The notes under the pieces were generated by a model. The model made no database searches and was not told where the DNA came from. It saw nothing but the letters and a program-made list of their open reading frames with translations. From Alphaproteobacteria bacterium (GTDB taxonomy: Bacteria > Pseudomonadota > Alphaproteobacteria > SP197): a stretch of 64,000 nt of DNA. Location of the stretch: the NCBI GenBank assembly GCA_965228895.1, contig OZ245842.1, positions 2,656,001 to 2,720,000 of the forward strand, in the 5' to 3' direction. Both the position numbers and the translations under genes were made by a program. Shown one piece after another: positions 56,209 to 64,000 of this stretch (positions within the stretch are counted from its first letter, which is position 1; every line of letters begins with the position of its first letter).

Positions 56209-58623
56209 TCAATAGAGGCCGGATGCGTCGAGGCCTTCGGCGTGTTCGCTGCTGGTTGGGACGGAACCCTGCTTGAATGCTTCGACGATGACTCGGCTGG
56301 TACCGGCGCCGGGCAACAGGCCGCTGTCGGCGTCGATGCGCACGAGTTCGAGACCGGGCGGAATGCGGAACGGAATGCCCGGCGTGTCGGCAAGAGCCTC
56401 CTCCATGAAGGCCTTGAAGATCGGCCCGGCGACCGCAGAGCCCGCCTCGCGCGGGCCAAGCGATTGCGGCTGGTCGAAGCCGACATAGACGCCAACAACA
56501 AGATCGGGCGAGAAACCGACAAACCAGGCATCACGGTATTCGTTCGTGGTGCCCGTCTTGCCGCCCAGCGGTTTGCCGATCGACGAGATACGCGCACCGG
56601 TCCCGCGCAGCACGACACCTTCCAGCAACGACACCATCTGATAGGCGGTGGTAGCCTCGATCACCTGCTCGCGCAGATCCGGCAGACGCGGGATCTCCGC
56701 GCCGTCGCGCCAGACGTCAGCCTGACACACCGGGCAGGTTCGGTCGTCGCGTTGCCAGATGGTCAGTCCGTTGCGATCCTGAATACGTTCGATCAGTGAC
56801 GGTTCAATCCGCTTGCCGCCGTTGACGATCATGCCGTAGGCGGTCGCCATCTGGAGCAGCGTCGTCTCCCCGGCGCCCAACGCCATCGGCAGATAAGGCG
56901 GCAGGTCCTCGATGACACCGAAGCGCGCGGCGTAATCGGCGATGACGTCCATGCCCAACTGGTTGGCCAGGCGCACGGTCATCAGATTGCGCGATTTCTC
57001 CAGACCCAACCGCAAGGTCGACAGCCCATAGAATTCCTGGGTGTAGTTCGCAGGCCGCCAATCGGGCAGCCCCTCGCCCTGGGCGAAGACGATCGGCGCA
57101 TCCTCAACCAGACTGGCCGGTGTGAAGCCGTGATCGAGCGCGGCCATGTAGACGAACGGCTTGAACGCGGAACCGGGCTGACGCATCGCCTGGGTCGCGC
57201 GATTGAATTCACTGTCGGTAAAGCTGAAGCCACCTTCCATCGCCAGGATTCGTCCGGTGTGCGGGTCAAGCGCGATGATCGCGCCGCCGACTTCGGGGAT
57301 CTGGCGCATGGCGAGGAACCGGATGTCGTCGGCACCGTTCCAATCGTCTGGCGCATCGTAGTCCCTGACACCGATGATATCGCCCGGGGTCAACACATCG
57401 GACGCGCGGCTGACCGCGGGGCCCAGGCTGCCGTCTTCCTGCACCCGGCGGGCCCAAGTCAGATAGTTCGACGGAATGTAACCGGTGGTGCCGTCGTCCA
57501 GTCCAATGGTCGCGCCTGCGTTGTCGGCTTCCAACACAACACCTTTGAACCAGGGCGCCAATGCTTCGGGTTCCTCGAAGGCCGCGAGCCGCTCGGCCCA
57601 ATCATCACCCAGCTCCATGGTGTCGAACGGGCCGCGCCAGCCATGCCGGCGATCGTATTCGGCAAGGCCATCACGCAACACCGCGCGCGCGATATCCTGG
57701 AGCCAGGGATCGATCGTCGAGCGGACATAGAGTCCGCCTTCGTAGAGTGCGTCCGTGCCATAGAGATCGACGATCTGGCGACGGATGTCTTCGGTCGCGT
57801 AGTCGGCAACGGCCATATCGGCGGCGGCTCGCGGGTGGACCTCTATTGGTTCGCTCTGGGCTGCCGCAGCCTCGGCGCGCGTGATCAGGCCGTCCGCAAA
57901 CATACGCGCGATCACCCAGTCCCGCCGGGTCTTGGCCTCAACGGGTCTGTTGATCGGGTGGTAGTTGTTGGGCGCCTTCGGCAAAGCCGCCAGGTACGCT
58001 GCCTCGGCAATCGTCAACGCGTCGAGCGGTTTGTCGAAGTAGGCAAGCGCCGCTGCGGCGACACCATAGGCGCCGTAACCCAGATAGATCTCGTTCAGAT
58101 AGAGCTCGAGGATACGGTCCTTGCTCAACGCCTCTTCAATGCGGAACGCAAGAATGGCTTCCTTGATCTTGCGTTCGATCGAGACTTCGTTGGTCAACAG
58201 GAAGTTCTTGGCGACCTGCTGGGTGATCGTCGACGCACCCTGCATGCGCCGATCCTCGCCGAGGTTGCGCAAGTTGACGATGGCCGCACGAACGACGCCC
58301 AGCGGATCGACACCACGGTGTTCGTAAAAATGCTGATCTTCGGCCGCCAGGAACGCGTCGACCACGCGCTGGGGGATCGCCTCGATGGGAACGAACACGC
58401 GTTGTTGAATGGCGTACTCCGCCATCAGGCGGCCATCGCCGGCGTAAACGCGCGTAGCGACCGGCGGCTCGTAATCGGCGAGTTGCCGATGCTCCGGCAG
58501 ATCGCGGCCGTATTCGTAGAAGATGAACGCCACAACGGCGACCGCCGCCACAACGCCAAGCGTCAATAGCCCAAATAGCCAGACAAGGGCGCGTAGCACG
58601 CGAAATCGGCGTTGTTTTGCCAA
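56209..58623 (-). CDS. mrcA: Penicillin-binding protein 1A (class A PBP)
   Basis: TM anchor, AEDQHFYEH, GASTITQQVAKN, RKIKE; SAFK, SRN, KTGT. Confidence 0.93.
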   Translation of the reverse strand: MAKQRRFRVLRALVWLFGLLTLGVVAAVAVVAFIFYEYGRDLPEHRQLADYEPPVATRVYAGDGRLMAEYAIQQRVFVPIEAIPQRVVDAFLAAEDQHFYEHRGVDPLGVVRAAIVNLRNLGEDRRMQGASTITQQVAKNFLLTNEVSIERKIKEAILAFRIEEALSKDRILELYLNEIYLGYGAYGVAAAALAYFDKPLDALTIAEAAYLAALPKAPNNYHPINRPVEAKTRRDWVIARMFADGLITRAEAAAAQSEPIEVHPRAAADMAVADYATEDIRRQIVDLYGTDALYEGGLYVRSTIDPWLQDIARAVLRDGLAEYDRRHGWRGPFDTMELGDDWAERLAAFEEPEALAPWFKGVVLEADNAGATIGLDDGTTGYIPSNYLTWARRVQEDGSLGPAVSRASDVLTPGDIIGVRDYDAPDDWNGADDIRFLAMRQIPEVGGAIIALDPHTGRILAMEGGFSFTDSEFNRATQAMRQPGSAFKPFVYMAALDHGFTPASLVEDAPIVFAQGEGLPDWRPANYTQEFYGLSTLRLGLEKSRNLMTVRLANQLGMDVIADYAARFGVIEDLPPYLPMALGAGETTLLQMATAYGMIVNGGKRIEPSLIERIQDRNGLTIWQRDDRTCPVCQADVWRDGAEIPRLPDLREQVIEATTAYQMVSLLEGVVLRGTGARISSIGKPLGGKTGTTNEYRDAWFVGFSPDLVVGVYVGFDQPQSLGPREAGSAVAGPIFKAFMEEALADTPGIPFRIPPGLELVRIDADSGLLPGAGTSRVIVEAFKQGSVPTSSEHAEGLDASGLY

Positions 58624-58794
58624 GTATCTTCTCCCGGGAAGCCCGACTATGGCGCCAGATTATGGCGCGGATGGGACACCCGCCTTAAGTCCCGCCGTCA
58701 CACATTCAAGCGAATGGTGACGCCGTTAACCTTCTCATACCGTGAAGTCGAGCCAGATTCACGCTGTTGATTCAGGCGGCGAGCGCGATCCGCT

Positions 58795-60063
58795 CTAGTA
58801 GCCGCCGTCTTGGAAATGGACGTCGATCGCCGCGGTGATGGCCGACATGAACTGGCGACGATAGGACTCGCTGTTCAAGTTCAACTCTTCGTCGGCGTTC
58901 GACATGTAGCCCAATTCGACCAACACCGAGGGAACGTCCGGCGCCTTCAAGACACGGAAACCGGCAAAGCGGTGCGCGTTCGACCGCAACTTGACCGAGC
59001 TCTGCAACTCCGCGGTGAGCAGGCGCGCAAATTGGGCCGACGCGTTGGTCGTCTCGCGCTGCGCAAGATCAATCAGGATGTCGGTGGTCAATGGGTCATA
59101 GGCCACGTTGACGAAGTCGACGCCGGCGATCAGGTCGGCCTTGTTTTCCTTGGCCGCGAGTTGGGCGGCTTCGTCGTCGGATGCAGTTTCCGAAAGCGTG
59201 TAGACGCCGGCGCCGCGCATGCTCCGGTCGTCCATACTGTCGGCATGCACCGAGATAAAAAGATCGGCACCGGCGGCGCGCGCTGTTTCCACTCGCTCGG
59301 CGAGCCGCAAGAAGATATCGCTGTCGCGCGTCATGACCACAGTGTAACGGCCGGTCGCCTCGAGCTGGCGCTTCAGTTCGCGCGAGGCGTCCAAAACGAT
59401 GTCCTTTTCGTAGACGCCGCTTAGACCGACCGCGCCGGGATCAACCCCGCCATGACCGGGATCGATAACGATAACCAGTCTGTCGGGATTCGGTTTGATG
59501 CCCGGCAGCGGCGGGCCGTCATAGACCGGCACATCGAACGTGGTCGCTGCGACCTGCACGCTTGTTTGCTGAATCTCAACGACCGGTTCGGTCACGACGC
59601 CGGGCGCCTCCTGGGCAGCGACAAGGTCGAGAACGAAGCGGTAGCTGAAACTGGCCGAGGGCTCCAGGATGAACACACGCTGGACGCTGACCGGTCCGTT
59701 GACGTCGAGCACGATGCGCGAGTGGCCGGGCTCAAACACGCCAAAGCGGAAACCGTCGATCAGACCGGTCGAGACCTGTTGCGACTGTTCCGGGATTTGC
59801 CATGCCACTTCGGGCAGATCGATGACCACCCGGTAGGGGTTCTCCAGGGTCGAAATCTGGTAATCGACCGCCGTACTGACATCCAGCACGAACCGTGTCG
59901 CCTCGGCGTTGACGCCGGTCCTGACCCCGATCACCTGGGGTTCGGCGGCACGCGCCACATCCGTCGCCAAAAAGGCAGCCATCGCCAGGGCCATCACGAC
60001 CAAACCGCACCGTGTGCGCCACTGACACCAAGAACTAACGGTTGTCCGTCGGGCTTGCCGCAT
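58795..60063 (-). CDS. amiC: N-acetylmuramoyl-L-alanine amidase with AMIN domain
   Basis: IDPGHGGVDPGA, EK, FISVHADS, VLVELGYMSN; start uncertain. Confidence 0.9.
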   Translation of the reverse strand: MRQARRTTVSSWCQWRTRCGLVVMALAMAAFLATDVARAAEPQVIGVRTGVNAEATRFVLDVSTAVDYQISTLENPYRVVIDLPEVAWQIPEQSQQVSTGLIDGFRFGVFEPGHSRIVLDVNGPVSVQRVFILEPSASFSYRFVLDLVAAQEAPGVVTEPVVEIQQTSVQVAATTFDVPVYDGPPLPGIKPNPDRLVIVIDPGHGGVDPGAVGLSGVYEKDIVLDASRELKRQLEATGRYTVVMTRDSDIFLRLAERVETARAAGADLFISVHADSMDDRSMRGAGVYTLSETASDDEAAQLAAKENKADLIAGVDFVNVAYDPLTTDILIDLAQRETTNASAQFARLLTAELQSSVKLRSNAHRFAGFRVLKAPDVPSVLVELGYMSNADEELNLNSESYRRQFMSAITAAIDVHFQDGGY

Positions 60064-60400
60064 ACTAGAATGTCTCTGTCGCTGAACCGTCGCTTTTATC
60101 ACTGCCTCTATGGCATTGATAGACATGGGTAAAAAGCGACCCTATAGAATCACGATCTGCGCGCCACGGCAAGCCTTGGCGTGCACCCTGACTAAAGGAT
60201 TCAGGTGGAACCCCAAATTTTGACACCGAAACCGACATTCGGACCCAGCCATCCACCGACCGGCCATGCCGGCTGTGGACAAGGCCGTCCGGCCTGCGGT
60301 TTTGCGGCCATTTCCGGGGTTTCGCACGCAACCGCGACGGCCCCAAGACGGCGCGACTCGATCGCCGCCCTCCCGGCCGTCCCCGACAACAGGACCTTAC

Positions 60401-63118
60401 ATGACACGACGTATGTTGATCGATGCCGGCCACCGGGAAGAGACCCGGGTCGTCGTCGCAGATGGACAGGAGCTCCAAGAATTTGACGTTGAATCGTCAA
60501 GTAAATCGCAGCTTAAAGGGAACATCTATCTCGCCAAGGTAACCCGCGTCGAACCGTCGCTTCAGGCGGCGTTCGTTGACTACGGCGGCAACCGCCACGG
60601 CTTTTTGGCCTTCAGCGAGATCCATCCCGACTATTTTCAGATCCCGGTATCCGACCGCGAGGCACTGGCCGCCGAGCAGGCGCGCCTTGTCGACGAAGCG
60701 CGCGATGCCGACGAGAGTGAGGCCGATGAAGAGGCCGCCGCCGACGAGGCGTCCGACGCCGATGACGGCGCATCCGACGATCACGACGATGCCGAAGATG
60801 TGAACGACGACGGCGACGATGCCGACGACGGCAACGACGCGGATGACACCGAAGCCGAAGACGACGAGTCGGCTGCCGCGGCCGAAGACGACAACGCCGG
60901 TGACGACAGTGATCGCGACGACAGCGGCGATGACAACGCGGCAGGCGAAGACAGTGCATCAGACGACGCTGCCAAACCGGTCGCGGCCAGAAACGAAAAG
61001 CCGCGACGGCGACCGCGACGGCGCCGCCGTTCCAACAACGACGACGATCACGGCGATGATCGCGAACAGGTGGCGCGCCGCGAAGCGATCCTGAAGCGCG
61101 GCTACAAGATCCAGGAAGTCATCAAGCGGCGTCAGATCCTGCTGGTCCAGGTCGTCAAGGAAGAGCGCGGCAACAAGGGCGCGGCGCTGACGACCTATAT
61201 GTCGATCGCCGGGCGTTACTGCGTCCTGATGCCGAACACGCCGCGCGGCGGCGGCATCTCGCGCAAGATTGCCGATCCGCAGCAGCGCCGACGTCTGAAG
61301 ACCATCGCGCAGGACCTCAACGTGCCCGAAGGCACCGGCCTGATCATCCGCACCGCCGGCATGGGCCGCACGAAAGCCGAGATCAAGCGCGATTTCACCG
61401 GCCTGCTGAAACAGTGGGAGAGCATCCGCGAGGAGACGCTGAAGTCCGCCGCGCCGATGCTGATTTACGAAGAGGCGAACATTATCAAGCGCGCGATCCG
61501 CGACCTCTACACCAAGGATGTCGACGAGGTGCTGGTCGAGGGCGACGAAGGCTACAAGATGGCCAAGTCCTATATGCGCCTGTTGATGCCGAGCCATGCC
61601 AAGCGCGTCCAGCAGTACACCGACGCGGTACCGCTGTTTCACAAGTTCAATGTCGAGCACAAGCTTGACGCCATGCACAGCCCGATCGTCCAGTTGAAGT
61701 CGGGCGGCTACATCGTGATCAACCCGACCGAGGCGCTGGTCGCCATCGACATCAACTCCGGCCGCTCGACCAAGGAGCGCAACATCGAGGAGACCGCGCT
61801 CAAAACCAACAGCGAGGCGGCGGTCGAGATTGCCCGCCAGCTACGCCTGCGCGACCTTGCCGGCCTGATCGTCATCGACTTCATCGACATGGATGAAGGC
61901 CGCAACGAACGCGCGGTCGAACGTAAGCTGAAGGAAGCGCTGAAGAGTGACCGCGCCCGCATCCAGGTCGGTAGGATCAGTTCCTTCGGTCTGTTGGAAC
62001 TGTCACGTCAGCGATTGCGCCCCAGCCTGCATGAAGCACTGAGCGACGTCTGTCCGCATTGCGGCGGCAGCGGGTTTGTCCGCTCCATCGGCTCGACTGC
62101 GCTGCATGTCTTACGCGGTGTCGAGCAGGAGGGCATGCAGCAGCGTTCCCAATCGATCCGCGTTCAGGTGCCGACGGAGGTCGCGCTTTATCTGTTGAAC
62201 GACAAGCGACCTTCGCTGATCGAGATCGAGCAGCGCTACGATATGACGGTTCTGGTCGAACGCGACGAAGATCTGGTCCCACCGGACTTCCGTGTCGAAA
62301 CCGTGGTCCCGCGTACGGACGGCCAACCGATTGAGTTGCTCGCCGGTTCCGAGGCCGGTGCCCAAGACAGCAACGAGCGCACGGAAGCCGATGACGGCGA
62401 TGGCGAGGACGGCGGCCGGCGCCGCAAACGCCGGCGCAAGTCGCGGCGGCGGCGCGGCGGCGACGGCGAACGCGATAACGTCAGCGCGGCCAGCGACGGT
62501 GACGACGAGAACGCCGCCAACGACGATGACGCGGCGCCCAAGGCAAAATCTGATCGTGATGACGAGGAAGCCGGCGAAGGCCGCAAACGGCGGCGGCGCG
62601 GCAAACGTGGCGGTCGCCGTCGCCGCGGACGCGGCGAGGCCGCGGCAAGCGAGACCGCCGAAGCAGGTGCCGAAACCGCCGATGCCGGCAACAACGACGA
62701 GACTCAGCCCGGCGAGGAGACGCATCCTGGCGAAGCGACTGCATCGTCCGATAACGCATCAAGCGACGACGAAGTGAAACCCGAGAAGAAAAAGCGTCGC
62801 TCTCGCGCTAAGGCAAAGGACAAGAAGGCAAGCGAGGCGAAGAGCGGTGACGACGCGCCAACAACGCCTGAGGACTCCGGCGAACCGGCCGCCGACAACG
62901 GCAACGATGAGCCCGCCCCCTCTGCGGAGACGCCGGCCCGTGACGATGACACCATCCCGGTCGCCACGTCGGGTGGCGACGACGAAACCGCGACGGTATC
63001 GGGCGGCAACAACGGCGGTGGGCCGGTGCGAGAGCCCGACCCGACGCCGGATGAAGCCGCAGAGACGCCCCGCTCCGGCCCGCCGCGACGCGGGTGGTGG
63101 CAAAAGATCGTTCGTTAG
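60401..63118 (+). CDS. rne: Ribonuclease E
   Basis: MLIDA.H.EETRV, KGNIYLAKVTRVEPSLQAAF, IDINSG, CPHC, disordered CTD ending RRGWWQK. Confidence 0.95.
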   Translation: MTRRMLIDAGHREETRVVVADGQELQEFDVESSSKSQLKGNIYLAKVTRVEPSLQAAFVDYGGNRHGFLAFSEIHPDYFQIPVSDREALAAEQARLVDEARDADESEADEEAAADEASDADDGASDDHDDAEDVNDDGDDADDGNDADDTEAEDDESAAAAEDDNAGDDSDRDDSGDDNAAGEDSASDDAAKPVAARNEKPRRRPRRRRRSNNDDDHGDDREQVARREAILKRGYKIQEVIKRRQILLVQVVKEERGNKGAALTTYMSIAGRYCVLMPNTPRGGGISRKIADPQQRRRLKTIAQDLNVPEGTGLIIRTAGMGRTKAEIKRDFTGLLKQWESIREETLKSAAPMLIYEEANIIKRAIRDLYTKDVDEVLVEGDEGYKMAKSYMRLLMPSHAKRVQQYTDAVPLFHKFNVEHKLDAMHSPIVQLKSGGYIVINPTEALVAIDINSGRSTKERNIEETALKTNSEAAVEIARQLRLRDLAGLIVIDFIDMDEGRNERAVERKLKEALKSDRARIQVGRISSFGLLELSRQRLRPSLHEALSDVCPHCGGSGFVRSIGSTALHVLRGVEQEGMQQRSQSIRVQVPTEVALYLLNDKRPSLIEIEQRYDMTVLVERDEDLVPPDFRVETVVPRTDGQPIELLAGSEAGAQDSNERTEADDGDGEDGGRRRKRRRKSRRRRGGDGERDNVSAASDGDDENAANDDDAAPKAKSDRDDEEAGEGRKRRRRGKRGGRRRRGRGEAAASETAEAGAETADAGNNDETQPGEETHPGEATASSDNASSDDEVKPEKKKRRSRAKAKDKKASEAKSGDDAPTTPEDSGEPAADNGNDEPAPSAETPARDDDTIPVATSGGDDETATVSGGNNGGGPVREPDPTPDEAAETPRSGPPRRGWWQKIVR

Positions 63119-63143
63119 AATGACGCCGGGTTGGTTCCGGCCG

Positions 63144-64000
63144 TCATTGCCTGAGCTGACTCGGTAGCCACGCCACGAGGCGTTGTGCCGCTTCGTCGAT
63201 ATCCGCTGTCGGCCCGGAAAACGAGATGCGTATGGACTGGCGCCCGCGCAGCGGATCGAAGTCGATGCCGGGTGTCATCGCAACACCCGTCGCATCAAGA
63301 ATCTGCTCGCACAGAGCTTCGCTGTCATCGGTCAGGTGAGCAACGTCGGCGTAAATGTAGAAGGCACCATCGGCTTGGCTCAGGCGGTCGAGCCCTGCCC
63401 TGGGCAACCTGTCGAGCAGCAGCTCTCGATTGTCGCTGTAAACGGCAACGTTGTCTCTTAGTTCGTCGTGACAGTCGAAGGCCGCAACGGCCGCGAACTG
63501 GGACAGCGTCGGCGGCGAGATAAAGAAGTTCTGCGCCAGCCGCTCGACCGATTTCTGCAGCCCTTCGGGCACGACCATCCAGCCGACGCGCCAGCCGGTC
63601 ATCGAGAAGTACTTCGAGAAACTGTTGATGACGACGGCATCGGCGTTCAGCCCAACAGCGCTCGTCGCGTCGAAGTCGAAGCCGATACCGTGATAGATCT
63701 CGTCGGAAATCAGACGGATCCCCTGGGCCGCGCAGTAGTCGCAGAGCGCCACCATGCCGGCGTGGTCGATCATCGTGCCGGTCGGGTTGGATGGGCTCGC
63801 GATGATCAGGCCATCCAGCGTGCCCTCATGCGCTTCCAGCATGGCGACCGTCGGTTGGTATCGGGTTTCGTGGTCAACCGGCAAGCCGACGGCTTCGATG
63901 CCCAAGGCACTCAGTATGTTGCGGTAGCAGGGGTAACCGGGCTCGGCAATGGCGACGCGATCGCCGACGTCGAAAGCGGCGAGAAAAGCCAGCACAAAAC
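63144..64000 (-). CDS. PLP-dependent class I/II aminotransferase (5' end outside window)
   Basis: SPSNPTG, SDEIYHG, SFSKYFSMTGWRVG. Confidence 0.92.
   Translation of the reverse strand, partial: FVLAFLAAFDVGDRVAIAEPGYPCYRNILSALGIEAVGLPVDHETRYQPTVAMLEAHEGTLDGLIIASPSNPTGTMIDHAGMVALCDYCAAQGIRLISDEIYHGIGFDFDATSAVGLNADAVVINSFSKYFSMTGWRVGWMVVPEGLQKSVERLAQNFFISPPTLSQFAAVAAFDCHDELRDNVAVYSDNRELLLDRLPRAGLDRLSQADGAFYIYADVAHLTDDSEALCEQILDATGVAMTPGIDFDPLRGRQSIRISFSGPTADIDEAAQRLVAWLPSQLRQ

Overview
GC-rich alphaproteobacterial chromosomal window (Rhodospirillales-like gene order; the taxonomy is inference). The right half (36.8-64 kb) is conserved backbone: tRNA-Met, mnmA, fdx, two cysteine desulfurases, iscR, cysE, anmK, tyrS, AsmA/YhdP-like, glnE, bcp, prfB with a programmed +1 frameshift, PBP1A, amiC, rne and an aminotransferase. 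The left half mixes core genes (parE, DEAD-box helicase, icd, arsC) with small metabolic and secreted-protein genes. Three regions stand out. (1) An array of five paralogous multi-pass membrane proteins (2.2-8.2 kb) sits divergent from parE, and four of them share a conserved C-terminal GSLAxxYRQL...VFDD tail. (2) An accessory region runs up to the tRNA-Met 3' end (about 26.7-36.7 kb). It encodes a TPR plus PRMT-like methyltransferase, an asparagine-synthetase-like PP-loop enzyme without an N-terminal Cys, a secreted agmatine/peptidylarginine deiminase-family protein, a secreted HExxH peptidase and an OmpA protein. (3) A Y-shaped structured intergenic element at about 2.1-2.2 kb has G-U pairs and a GNRA loop that favour the strand antisense to its flanking genes. 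I saw no CRISPR array, rRNA, integrase, transposase or reverse transcriptase. All product calls come from motif recognition by eye; no database searches were run.
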